A DNA stretch of 64,000 nt from Candidatus Latescibacterota bacterium (GTDB taxonomy: Bacteria; Latescibacterota; UBA2968; UBA8231): the NCBI GenBank assembly GCA_965203175.1, contig OZ241867.1, positions 2,848,001 to 2,912,000 on the forward strand, written 5' to 3'. This document shows, piece after piece, positions 28,373-38,368 of the stretch. Under the pieces are notes generated by a model. It had not been told where the DNA came from. It made no database searches and was given only the letters and a program-made list of their open reading frames with translations. Position numbers and translations under genes: made by a program. How positions within the stretch are numbered: the first letter of the stretch is position 1; every line of letters starts with the position of its first letter.

Positions 28373-30066
28373 CAGCTTTGGGCGGTGGTGTACTGCTTCA
28401 AATGAGCTTCGTGGATGGTTATCGGATAGATTTTACGCAGACTACGCACGTATTCGACGTAGCGGTTCTGGGCCTTGTCGATGAGTACGTAGGCCCGGGC
28501 GCGTCGCTGTGAGTCCTCATTGTAGGGGATGTGTTCGCGTTGGCGGTCCACGACTTTGAATACCGAATAGCCCCGCTGGGTGCGGACTGGGCCGCCCACT
28601 TGGCCGACCTCGAGGTCTTGGGCCAAGTCCGAGACGCCAGGGAAGAATTGCTCGGTGTAGATATTGAAGTTGATACGTCCATTGTGGTGGAGGACCTCAG
28701 CGCGTTTGCTGTGGCGCACGGCGAGGGTTTCGGCCTCGGCTTCGGTGGCTTGCGCCAACTCAGTGAACAGATGCTGGGCTAGCGAGTCGCTGGAAACCAG
28801 AATTTCGATGGCGACAGTGGTCGTGGGTTTGGTAAATTTTTCCGGATGCTCGTCGTAGAAGGTGCGCGCCTCTTCTGGGGTGACCGATAGCTGTTGGTCA
28901 ACCATGATCTTGCGGAGGCCGGTCACCATAAGTTCTTGGCGCTTGGCGGCGATGCTGGCGCGGAACTCGGGGTCTTGGTCCAGCCCGGCGCTGATGATCT
29001 CAGACATGAATAGGTGTTCGGGGATGACTCGGCGGTCGAGCAAGTCCGCAGCGTTCGCAGTGTCAATCAGCATTTGCGGCGCTATTTTCATCTGGCGGAT
29101 GGTCTCGACGAAATTCCCCAAGCCGATGGGGTTTCCCTTGCTAAAGGTGCAGACAGGCAAGGGCGCGTCGGCCTCGGCGAGGGCGAATTCCTCGCCGGTG
29201 AACTGGCTAATGCGCTCGGCCAATAGGGCGAGATTCTGCGGCTGCGGTTGGGGCTGGTATTCGCCTCGCAGCGAATCGAGCATGGTTTGCAGGCGCTGGT
29301 TGCGCTGGGCGATGAGCAATTCTTCGCGGATGCGGTCCTCGGAGGCTTCGAGCGGTGCCGGGATTTCGTCGAGGATGGTGAAGATGGCAAACTTTTGCTC
29401 GCGGGCTACGAACATCGACACCGGCGGAGCAATTTCGCCGATTTCTAGGTCGGCTACTTTGGCTACGACTTCGGGCATGAGTTGGTCGCGCAACTGGTAC
29501 AGCCCAGTATCGCCGCCGCGCTCGGCGCTTTCGCGGTGGACCGAATGAGTGCGGGCTAGTTGGTGAAAGTCGGCACCATCTTGAAGCTGCTGGTAGAGAT
29601 CGTTGGCCTCTTCTTCGGTATCGACCATGATGCCGCCGAGGCGGATTGAGCGGTCGCGGCGGGTTGCGCGGTAGTGGGCTTCGACCATTTCCTCGGTGAT
29701 GTTCAGCTTGCTGATGATTTCTCGTTGCTCGTACAGGCGCAGGATGCGCGAGCGTTCATAGTTGGTCAACTCGTCGATAAACCAAATCATATTTTCGACG
29801 TTGGACGCCTGTGCTTCTTGGAGAAGTAATTCTTTGTCGATTAGGCTATTGAGCAGATTGCGGGACACGGCCAATGGCGTGGCCCCTTGGCGCATACCTT
29901 CGGGGATCTTGGAGGAGAATTCGGCGAACTCAGCCGCGGTGATCGACTTGTCGCCAGCCTCGGCAACAATGAGTTCGGCCGGCGAGGCCGGCGGTTGATC
30001 CTGACTGCCGCAGGCGGCGAAGAGCCAACTGAGTAAGAGCAAGGCGTTGAGATGCTTCATTTTCAT
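28372..30066 (-). CDS. Parvulin/PpiC-type peptidyl-prolyl isomerase lipoprotein (PrsA/SurA-like foldase, two PPIase modules)
   Basis: Lipobox FAAC, 'GADFHQLARTHS...SAERGGDTG', 'EEARTFYDEHPEKF' and 'GQVGGPVRTQRGYSVFKV'. Confidence 0.85.
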   Translation of the reverse strand: MKMKHLNALLLLSWLFAACGSQDQPPASPAELIVAEAGDKSITAAEFAEFSSKIPEGMRQGATPLAVSRNLLNSLIDKELLLQEAQASNVENMIWFIDELTNYERSRILRLYEQREIISKLNITEEMVEAHYRATRRDRSIRLGGIMVDTEEEANDLYQQLQDGADFHQLARTHSVHRESAERGGDTGLYQLRDQLMPEVVAKVADLEIGEIAPPVSMFVAREQKFAIFTILDEIPAPLEASEDRIREELLIAQRNQRLQTMLDSLRGEYQPQPQPQNLALLAERISQFTGEEFALAEADAPLPVCTFSKGNPIGLGNFVETIRQMKIAPQMLIDTANAADLLDRRVIPEHLFMSEIISAGLDQDPEFRASIAAKRQELMVTGLRKIMVDQQLSVTPEEARTFYDEHPEKFTKPTTTVAIEILVSSDSLAQHLFTELAQATEAEAETLAVRHSKRAEVLHHNGRINFNIYTEQFFPGVSDLAQDLEVGQVGGPVRTQRGYSVFKVVDRQREHIPYNEDSQRRARAYVLIDKAQNRYVEYVRSLRKIYPITIHEAHLKQYTTAQS

Positions 30067-30320
30067 GGTGCTGGGATACTCCTAAATTTTGAGGAAAAGA
30101 AAAAAACGAATATAAAGAAAAAGGGGGGGAATGAAAGGTAAAACGCCGGGGCGATAGGATGAGGCCAGGTGGGTAAAGATGCTTGCGGCGTTAAGGGCTA
30201 TTGATTATAAATAGTTGGCCAACTAGGAGATCGCGCAGTAGTAAGTTGCGCATAATGTCTTTAGTAATAAAGAACTTATTGGATTTTCGGATCCGATTCA
30301 CTTGTCGACAACTCTTGCCT
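30067..30320. promoter_or_regulatory. Divergent promoter region between the PPIase operon and the surface-protein locus
   Basis: AT-rich intergenic DNA between head-to-head genes. The TTG start at 30201 in the ORF track has no support. Confidence 0.5.
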
Positions 30321-32546
30321 ATGAAACGCGCTAGTGTATGTGCTCTCTTATTGTGCCTACTCGGAGGCTGGTCGGCTGTCGCTGAAGTCGTGATCGTCGG
30401 CAGCGAAGGCGGTTTGGATTGGGCCAGCGGTGGTGGAGAGATTCAAGCTACGGTCATCCGCAGCGCGACTTCGGTGGAGAATACCAACGCGCCCGGCGGG
30501 GTTATAGACTTCAATGCGGAGGGTTTCAGAAACTGGATTTTTCCCCAGCGCGCTGATACCACGCTCAATATCGCCGTCGGCGCTAATTCCGAGGCCCGCG
30601 GTGGCTCGATCACCTCGCCTAATACCATCAACATCCGGCCGGAATTGCCTAGCATCATCGACAATGATGGCGAGACAGCGCTGGATTTGCGCGCCAGTGC
30701 CGGTGGCCAGAGCGCGCGCGTGTTGGGCATTATCATCGATCTGGACTTAGGTGCCCGCTTCGGGGTCAATCGCTTCAAGTTTTTTCCCCGCAACGCCGAT
30801 CCAGCGTTCCCCGCTCCGTCATTCCCATACCAGAACGATTTTATGCGCGCCTTTGAGATATTTATTAACGACGGTACACCCGAGACCCAGCGCGAGGGGG
30901 TGCCGATCCGCGAGACCGTGGTACTGGTCAACCAAAACGAAGATCCGGTAGTTGACGTGCACATCCCGCCCCAGTACGTGCGATTCGTGCGGCTCAAATC
31001 GCTGACGTCAACGGGCTTTGACTTGGCTGAATTCCAAGTCTTTGGCACCGGCTTTGTGCCCGAGGCCACTTATATATCCAATGTCTTTGACTTCGGCGAC
31101 CTGTCGCTCTTTGGAACGCTGCGCTGGGTCGAGCAGAAAATGGGAGACAGCGGGCTGTCGCGGGTCTTGATCCGCACGCGCACTGGCAACGATCCGCAGC
31201 CGGTCGAATACAACAAAATTCGCCCAGGTGAGCAGATCTTTCGCTTGGGCGGTGGGTCCAGACAGACGGGGACTACGGCCCGCGGCGACGAAGTGCCGTG
31301 GAAATTTGCCGCTGACGTCGAGGATGCCGAGTTGAAAACCTTAGTTGAGACGGTACTCGACAACGAAGATGTCGATTTGCGCGAGGCGCTGCAGATATTC
31401 AAGGATCTGCCACTGGATCAGCAAGAGCAGATCTCACTGACGGCCGCCGACTTCGGCCGGTTGCGCAATGAGGATAAGGGCAATATCCGCAACGATGTGA
31501 CCAACTGGAGCGCTTGGTCGCCTCCCTATCCGGTCAGCGCACTGGTTGAGTCGGACGCCGATTTGGCCGACGCATTGCAGGGGATACCGGTGGTCTCGCC
31601 GAGTCCGCGGCGCTATTTTCAGTTCGCGATTGAGTTCTCTAGCGACGAATTCGAGTCGGCTACCGGCGTTGGGGGGATTTCCTTTGAGGTACTGCCTTCG
31701 CCTTTTGCCGAGGAGTTAATCGCCGAGATCGTCCCGCGCCAAGCGGCGCTGGGCAAAAAGACGGACTTTACCCTTGCCGTGTTGAGCAAACTTCGCCCAG
31801 GACTCGACCGCGGCTTCAATCGGCTACAGATTGATACCCCACTCAAGGTCGAAAACGTGGGGCTGATAGAAATTCGGCGCCCGGACGGCACGGCGGATGA
31901 GGCCGACTTCAGCGGTGCGACACTCGACCAGTTGCCGCTCCAGCGCGGCGACTTTGCGGTGGTTGAGGCCGCCGACAACAGCTTTATCTTCGAGTTTCCA
32001 ATGATCGCCGAGGATAGCACCGAGGTGCGAGTTACCTTCGACAACGCGGTGCTGCGCTTCGGCACGACCTTTACGACGCGGGCGTTCAATTCGGGTGAGG
32101 AAGTGCAGATTGCCCAAGATGTAGTATCGGGCAACGCCGCCGATCTGGGTGAAGCCGATCCGGACTTACAGCCTTTGGGTACGCCTTTCAGCGGGAACCT
32201 CTCGGTGGCTGTGCCGATCGTTGGAGACCTGCTGGTCAATATAAGTGCGGTCCCCGGGGCCTTTAGCCCCAACGGGGACGGCATAAATGATCAAGCTGCG
32301 GTCCAGTACGACATTACCAATATCGCTCGACCAACCGATGTAGAAATCGTCGTGCGCGACTTAGCGGGTCGGCCAGTGCGGAATCTCTACCGCGGACTCG
32401 ACAGCAGCGGACGCCATGCTCGTCTTTGGGATGGCAAAAACGACGCCGGGGAGGCATTGCCCCCAGGCAACTATCTGTTCAGTGTGACGCTGGACGCTGG
32501 TACTGGCCAGGAACGCGGCGTCGGCATGGTCAGCTTGGCTTATTGA
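30321..32546 (+). CDS. Secreted protein, divergent member of the paralogue array (discoidin-like domain, Ig-like domain, FlgD/CHU_C-like C-terminal domain)
   Basis: Signal peptide MKRASVCALLLCLL. 'DLDLGARFGVNRFKFFPR', 'LAEFQVFGTGF', 'RTRTG', 'WSAWS', 'SPSPRRYFQF' and 'FSPNGDGIND'. Ends SLAY. Confidence 0.8.
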   Translation: MKRASVCALLLCLLGGWSAVAEVVIVGSEGGLDWASGGGEIQATVIRSATSVENTNAPGGVIDFNAEGFRNWIFPQRADTTLNIAVGANSEARGGSITSPNTINIRPELPSIIDNDGETALDLRASAGGQSARVLGIIIDLDLGARFGVNRFKFFPRNADPAFPAPSFPYQNDFMRAFEIFINDGTPETQREGVPIRETVVLVNQNEDPVVDVHIPPQYVRFVRLKSLTSTGFDLAEFQVFGTGFVPEATYISNVFDFGDLSLFGTLRWVEQKMGDSGLSRVLIRTRTGNDPQPVEYNKIRPGEQIFRLGGGSRQTGTTARGDEVPWKFAADVEDAELKTLVETVLDNEDVDLREALQIFKDLPLDQQEQISLTAADFGRLRNEDKGNIRNDVTNWSAWSPPYPVSALVESDADLADALQGIPVVSPSPRRYFQFAIEFSSDEFESATGVGGISFEVLPSPFAEELIAEIVPRQAALGKKTDFTLAVLSKLRPGLDRGFNRLQIDTPLKVENVGLIEIRRPDGTADEADFSGATLDQLPLQRGDFAVVEAADNSFIFEFPMIAEDSTEVRVTFDNAVLRFGTTFTTRAFNSGEEVQIAQDVVSGNAADLGEADPDLQPLGTPFSGNLSVAVPIVGDLLVNISAVPGAFSPNGDGINDQAAVQYDITNIARPTDVEIVVRDLAGRPVRNLYRGLDSSGRHARLWDGKNDAGEALPPGNYLFSVTLDAGTGQERGVGMVSLAY

Positions 32547-32552
32547 GGTGCT

Positions 32553-35375
32553 ATGGAACGAGGGAGAGCAGTGTTGAAAGCGATGCGAAGTCTTGCAGTG
32601 ATCGGTGCTTTACTTGGCTTAACTCCAGTGCATGGGCAGGAGGACTACCAGGGTCGGTTAGGGGTACAGCGCGGCGGTGCTGTCAGTTTTGAGCCTATCG
32701 GCCCAGGCGTAATATTTGGCGCACTCGATCCGACGGTCAAAAAGTGGTACGTGCCGCAGGAACTCTTCGTAGACTACGGCTGGCGTCAGTGGGAGTACTC
32801 CAACTACGCCCGCACCCCGTACGAGCGCTACGTCAACACTACCCGCGAGGGCGACTACTTCTACGATGTGTACGGCAATTTTACCACCCATGGTTGGCTG
32901 ATCTACGACTGGCGTCAGGATCAGCCGTTGCCCTTGGGCAGCGGCATCTTCCAGGGTTCGCGTTTTAATACTTGGTTCAATGCGGTGACCATCAGCGGCG
33001 ACTCACAGGGTCAGTACAACTACGCGATCACGGTTGGCGACCGGATTCGCACGACGCTGACGCCGATGACGTTTTCCAAGCCGGACTTCAACGGGGTGCA
33101 GATCGACTTTGCCTCGGACAAGTATCAGGCGACGATCCTCGCCTCGCGCATCAGCGAGCCGATCCGCGGCTCTTCGCAGGGCATTGGCGGCAGCACCGAG
33201 CCGGTCTCCCAGACCAATACGACCTCGATGTTTGGTGGACGGGCGACGTTCCAGGTTGGCGACTTCATCACGCTGGGGGCCACACTAGTCGATGCCCGCA
33301 ACGCCAATACCACCCTTGATCTCTTCTCTGGCGACCTGATCGCCGGCAGCCTCACCGCTGGGCAGAGCACGACACCGCTGACGGCGATTGCGGTAATCCT
33401 AAGCGACGACTCGCCCGAAGACGGCGAGGGAGGTGCGGCCCTGTTCAGCCACGACGTGCGGATCACCAGCCGCGACTTCGACACCGGCAAGGAGACCGTT
33501 TCCACCTTGCAGGAGGTGGTGCGGCCCGGTTCGCAGTGGCCGGTCATCTTCGGCGGGTTCCGGCGTCCGGGCTTTTTGGCTGCGGATGGCCCAGAGCGGA
33601 TTATCGTCAACTACGACTTCAACGACCCGGCTTATATTGGTCCAGATCCGACGACCATTGTCGGAGTGGACTTCAACTACGTGGTGGCCAACGACTTCAA
33701 AGTCGAATTGTGGTCCGACCGCCAGACGGGCCAGCGGGCGGTACCAGCGGCCCCGCTGACCAGCGAAGTAATCGACAACAGCCAGCCGGCCTTTGTGGTG
33801 CTGCGGCGCGCCGAGGGCAATGTGAAGGATATCTCCAATTTGCAGCGGATCAAGTTCGATTATGGCTTGCCGACTGCCAACCTAATCGGCGGCTTTACCA
33901 TCGAGGGGGCCGATGCCTTCGGCTTTGACTTCTACGGCGAGTGGGACCGCAACAAGCGCTATGCTCAGTACCCCAACGCCGCGCTGTTCAACGAGGGGAA
34001 GAAACACGCGATCTCTTCAGAGTCATCCGACGCTTGGTACTTCAGCGCCTCGCGCGACGACTTTCCCTACTTCCTCTATGGCGAGGCCTACGCCATTGAT
34101 GAGGCTTATTCGACCACTACCTTTCTGGTCAACGCCAATGGCGATGTGCAATACGACAATAGCCAGCGGCACTTCTACGAGTTCGTCGACGACAACGACG
34201 ATCAAGATCGCTACCCCGACTGGGTTCGCTTCGGCACGATCAACGACCGGGCAATCTATCCGGGTTGGGACCAGAACAACGACTTCATCTCCGACTTCAA
34301 CCAGAACGACAATGCCACGGTAGGCAATATCACTCCCGATTACGAGGAGCCGTTCCTGCGCTACAACGTCGATCGGCCGGAGTTTCTCTTTGGCATTGAC
34401 CTCAACAACAACAACTGGATCGATCGCTTTGAGGACGATGACTTACCCGACTTTCCCTATAAACCCGATCGTCGGGGATTCAATGTCTTTGGTGGGGTGC
34501 ACCTGCTGCCGGAAGCTCGGCTGATTGTCGGTCGCACTGATGAAGAGTCGCAGACGACCGACGCGACCAACGCGACCAACTATGCGATGTTCACCTTTGA
34601 CAAGAACTACGCGGATCTGGGGCGCCTGCGGGTCTTCGATATGATCAAACAGGCCAAGGATACTATCCCCGATGCCCGCCGCGAGCCGACGCCCTTTGAG
34701 GGTGCACCGATCCAGCCCGTAGTCCGAGATATCCTCCCGGCGCAGGATACTTGGATCAACACCGCCTTTGTGCAGTTCGACTACAAGGGCATTGAGGGCT
34801 TGAACTTGGTCAATAAGCTCAAGTGGGAGACCTTCCGCCAGACCCAAGCCGAGACCCGCGACGCCAACGGTCGCCTGATGGAGGACAATTCCAGCTTTTT
34901 GGGCTTGATCAACAAGGTTGACTACACCTACGGCTTGGGACGTTTGGACTTGCAGCCGAGGTTCAAAAGCGAGCTTCTGCGCCAGACGGCTTTTCTCGTT
35001 GCAGAAGACGATCGCGAAGAATGGACGGCCACGGCGCAGTTGATAGCGACCTTGCCGGTACTGCGCCACACGATTGTGCAGGCCGGGCTAGAGCAGTTGT
35101 GGTTCAGCGACCAGAGCGTGGACGAGAACGCGCTTATTGCCGGCGGTCGCCAGCAGGAGACGGGCGACCTGAGTTCGACCAATGTGGCCGTACAGCTCTC
35201 GACCACTTCGGATTATTTGGGCTACCGGCTGACTACCCAGATTGGTCTGCGCTACGGCCGGATTTTCACCGAACAGGTGATTGAGGACAGCGAACGACCG
35301 GGTACTTTCGTGATTGGCGACGAGACCAGCAACGAGACGACCAGTTTTATTACGGTCTTCGCCGGGCTGGAGTAA
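32553..35375 (+). CDS. Hypothetical exported protein, probable outer-membrane beta-barrel with acidic Ca-binding-like motifs
   Basis: Signal peptide, alternating amphipathic strands in the C-terminal half, DDNDDQD/DQNNDF/DLNNNNW motifs. Ends ITVFAGLE. Confidence 0.6.
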   Translation: MERGRAVLKAMRSLAVIGALLGLTPVHGQEDYQGRLGVQRGGAVSFEPIGPGVIFGALDPTVKKWYVPQELFVDYGWRQWEYSNYARTPYERYVNTTREGDYFYDVYGNFTTHGWLIYDWRQDQPLPLGSGIFQGSRFNTWFNAVTISGDSQGQYNYAITVGDRIRTTLTPMTFSKPDFNGVQIDFASDKYQATILASRISEPIRGSSQGIGGSTEPVSQTNTTSMFGGRATFQVGDFITLGATLVDARNANTTLDLFSGDLIAGSLTAGQSTTPLTAIAVILSDDSPEDGEGGAALFSHDVRITSRDFDTGKETVSTLQEVVRPGSQWPVIFGGFRRPGFLAADGPERIIVNYDFNDPAYIGPDPTTIVGVDFNYVVANDFKVELWSDRQTGQRAVPAAPLTSEVIDNSQPAFVVLRRAEGNVKDISNLQRIKFDYGLPTANLIGGFTIEGADAFGFDFYGEWDRNKRYAQYPNAALFNEGKKHAISSESSDAWYFSASRDDFPYFLYGEAYAIDEAYSTTTFLVNANGDVQYDNSQRHFYEFVDDNDDQDRYPDWVRFGTINDRAIYPGWDQNNDFISDFNQNDNATVGNITPDYEEPFLRYNVDRPEFLFGIDLNNNNWIDRFEDDDLPDFPYKPDRRGFNVFGGVHLLPEARLIVGRTDEESQTTDATNATNYAMFTFDKNYADLGRLRVFDMIKQAKDTIPDARREPTPFEGAPIQPVVRDILPAQDTWINTAFVQFDYKGIEGLNLVNKLKWETFRQTQAETRDANGRLMEDNSSFLGLINKVDYTYGLGRLDLQPRFKSELLRQTAFLVAEDDREEWTATAQLIATLPVLRHTIVQAGLEQLWFSDQSVDENALIAGGRQQETGDLSSTNVAVQLSTTSDYLGYRLTTQIGLRYGRIFTEQVIEDSERPGTFVIGDETSNETTSFITVFAGLE

Positions 35376-35376
35376 T

Positions 35377-38355
35377 ATGAGACGGGTGCGAATAATGTCG
35401 AGGCTCACGGCGCTTTTCGCCTTCGTCCTATCCTTGGCGCTAGGCGAAGCGGAGGCCCAGGACATGGATTACGGCAATCGCCTGGGGTATCGCGTGGCCG
35501 AGCAGGTGCGCTACTCCTCGGTCGGCGCAGCGGTTGATATGGACGTGCTAGACCCGACGGTTATGCGCTGGTACATGCCGCAGGAGCTGTTCAGTGAGTA
35601 CGGGCGTCGCCAATGGAGCTACACCAACTACGCCAAAGAACCTTACCGCCGCTACCTAGACCGCAATCTCGATGGCAACTACTTCTACGACGCCTACGGG
35701 GATTTTATCACCCGCGGCTACCTCGTCTACGATTGGCGCCAGACCCAGCCGCGTGCTTTCGAAAGCAGTTCGGTCACCAAGACCGGCCGCTACGCGGGCT
35801 GGTTTGACCGCTTGATTATCACCTCAGACCAAACCAGTACTTATAGCTATTCGATCATCGTCGGTGACGAGATCCGCACCACGTTGACGCCAATGACCTT
35901 CAACAAGGTCGGCTTCAATGGCGTGGTGACCAGCTTCGCAGCGGGACGAACTCGGGCTACGGGCCTGTTTTCGCGGGTGACCCTGCCCATCGTCGATATT
36001 GACGCCGATGTCCCGACGGCCTCGTTGGAGAATTTTTCCAACTTGGCAGCTGGCCGTTTTGAACTCGACGTGGTCGACCAGGCGACCCTGGGGCTAACGT
36101 TGGTCAACGTCCACAACGGCAATGGTGCACGCGAAAGTTTTCAGGGCAACCCACTCAAAGGCCAGTTGACTTCGGGTCAACTCGACCGCCAACTGAACCT
36201 ACTGGTAGTTAGGCTTGCAGATGATTCGCCCGAAGATGGCGAAGGAGGGGCGGTGCTCTTCACTGACGACGTGGAAATTACTACTACCCTAATGCGCGAG
36301 GTCACAGTCGGCGATAGCGTACAGCTAGTAGCGCGCGATACCACCATCATCGGCAGCGGCATAGGCTTTCGCCCGGTGCGCGATGGCGGTGAGCTACGCG
36401 ACGGCTTTTTGCGCGCCGATGGCGCTGAGAGCATCGTGCTTAAGTACGTGCTGGCACCCGAGGATGAAGCCTCTGAGGAAGGCTCCCTGCGCTTGCTTTT
36501 GCAGCAGCATCTAGGGCTGACGCTGACCGAGGCCGCCGATGCGATTACCGCCATCAAAAACGTGAGATTTCGCCTAGTGCTGGCCAACGATTACCGGGTG
36601 GAGGTGTCGTCCGATCGCCAGACCAACCGCTCGGGCCAGCCTCAGTTCATCGTCATGGAGCGGGCACCGGGAAATATCAAGAACGAACTCAATCAGCGCG
36701 AGGTCGTCATCGACTACGGCCTGCCGACGGCCAGCCAGATCTTCGGGGCCAGCGCCGAGCTGCGCGACTTTTTCGGCTTCGACTTCTACGGCGAGTTCAA
36801 CGTCAGCAACCAATACCGTCAATACCCTGCGATCAACCGCAAAAAGCACGAGAGTTTCTCGGGTATCGTCGATGACGAGACCGCTCTCGGCTGGATGTTC
36901 AACTTGGCGCAGAAGTCCGGTCCGTGGCTGCTCTTTTTAGAGGGCTTCGGCATGGATGAGACGTACTCTACCAGTGTGCTGCCGGTCGATGGCCGCGGCG
37001 TGGCCGACTACTCGCCCGAGGCCACCAACCTGCTCTACGATTTCGTCGACGACAACGACGACCACGACCGGCACCCGGACCAATTGCGGATTTTTCAGGG
37101 AAGCTTGATTCCGCCGCATACGACCTCGATCAGCAACTTCACGGTGACTTCCGAGGGCGTGGCCGATCCAGCGGTTTTCCCTGGCTACGACGAGAACGGA
37201 GATTTCATCTCGGATTTCAACCAGAACAGCAACGGAGATCGGGAGAATCTTTTTCCCGACTATGAAGAGCCCTTCCTGCGCTATCACTCAGACCGGCCGG
37301 AGTTTCTTTTTGGCATTGACCTAAATAACAATGGTTGGGCCGAGCGCTTTGAAAACGACGACTTGCCCGATTATCCCTACAAAAAGGACCACTGGGGCTA
37401 CAATACCTACGCCCGAGTTCAAGTCAATCCAGAGATGCGCCTGATGGGCGGTTTCCTCTATCAGGATCAGCGCGAAACCGATCGCCGCAATGAGACGGCC
37501 TATGGAATTTTGACCTATCAGCGGGCTGGGCCTACTTGGGGTGCCTTGCGGGTCTATGACATGCTCAAAAGGGCTGAAGACACCATCCCCGACCCGCTCT
37601 CACAGTGGATTATACCCGAATTGGAGTTGGGTAGCGTCGTCGAAGAGGTCAGTGGGCGCAACGTTCCCGTACCCGACCTTTTGGCCGCCGAGGACACTTG
37701 GATCAATACGTTCTATGCCGATTGGGAATACAAGAGTCCGCGACGCTGGGCCACGCGGCACCGCTTTAAATGGGAGTGGTGGCACCAGCGCGATGCGGAT
37801 GTAGTCTTTGCTCTCGACGAGGCCGGAGAAAGGATGCTCGATGCAGAGGGGAATCCGGTGGTGCTTTTCGACCCGCTCGGTCCGGAGGCGCGCAATGGCC
37901 GTAAGACCTCGGGCTTCATTGGGCTAATCGACAAAATTGACTATGCCTTTAACTGGAAACAGCTGTGGATTTCGCCTAGGTTCAAAAGCGAATTTCTGCG
38001 CCAGGTACCATTTAACCGCGACTTGGTTGAGCGGCGCTCTTGGGACGCTTTGTGGTCGCTCTTAGTGCGTTTCCCGCTTTTGGTGAGCTCTAGTGTTGAC
38101 CTCGGCGTTGAACAGCGCCAGTTCTACAGTCTCATAGGCGACGAGGATAAACTAGGGGCAGGGGAGCGAACCGGAGATTTCAGAGGCACAGTCTTGGCTG
38201 TACAGCTGACCAACCGCAGGGATTACTTGGGCTACGAACTCACTGCTCAGCTCGGCATACGCTACGACCGACGTGCGATCGAAGTTGTCGATGGCGACGC
38301 TGAGACGCGCACGGCGGGACTGGCCTTTCTCTCGGTTTTCGCCAGTCTAAGGTAG
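35377..38355 (+). CDS. Paralogue of 32553-35375, probable outer-membrane protein
   Basis: ATG 35377 just after the upstream TAA. Shared blocks 'LDPTV..WY.PQELF', 'IRTTLTPMTF', 'DDSPEDGEGGA' and 'PDYEEPFLRY..DRPEFLFGIDLNNN.W'. Confidence 0.65.
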   Translation: MRRVRIMSRLTALFAFVLSLALGEAEAQDMDYGNRLGYRVAEQVRYSSVGAAVDMDVLDPTVMRWYMPQELFSEYGRRQWSYTNYAKEPYRRYLDRNLDGNYFYDAYGDFITRGYLVYDWRQTQPRAFESSSVTKTGRYAGWFDRLIITSDQTSTYSYSIIVGDEIRTTLTPMTFNKVGFNGVVTSFAAGRTRATGLFSRVTLPIVDIDADVPTASLENFSNLAAGRFELDVVDQATLGLTLVNVHNGNGARESFQGNPLKGQLTSGQLDRQLNLLVVRLADDSPEDGEGGAVLFTDDVEITTTLMREVTVGDSVQLVARDTTIIGSGIGFRPVRDGGELRDGFLRADGAESIVLKYVLAPEDEASEEGSLRLLLQQHLGLTLTEAADAITAIKNVRFRLVLANDYRVEVSSDRQTNRSGQPQFIVMERAPGNIKNELNQREVVIDYGLPTASQIFGASAELRDFFGFDFYGEFNVSNQYRQYPAINRKKHESFSGIVDDETALGWMFNLAQKSGPWLLFLEGFGMDETYSTSVLPVDGRGVADYSPEATNLLYDFVDDNDDHDRHPDQLRIFQGSLIPPHTTSISNFTVTSEGVADPAVFPGYDENGDFISDFNQNSNGDRENLFPDYEEPFLRYHSDRPEFLFGIDLNNNGWAERFENDDLPDYPYKKDHWGYNTYARVQVNPEMRLMGGFLYQDQRETDRRNETAYGILTYQRAGPTWGALRVYDMLKRAEDTIPDPLSQWIIPELELGSVVEEVSGRNVPVPDLLAAEDTWINTFYADWEYKSPRRWATRHRFKWEWWHQRDADVVFALDEAGERMLDAEGNPVVLFDPLGPEARNGRKTSGFIGLIDKIDYAFNWKQLWISPRFKSEFLRQVPFNRDLVERRSWDALWSLLVRFPLLVSSSVDLGVEQRQFYSLIGDEDKLGAGERTGDFRGTVLAVQLTNRRDYLGYELTAQLGIRYDRRAIEVVDGDAETRTAGLAFLSVFASLR

Positions 38356-38368
38356 ATAAATCCACGAC

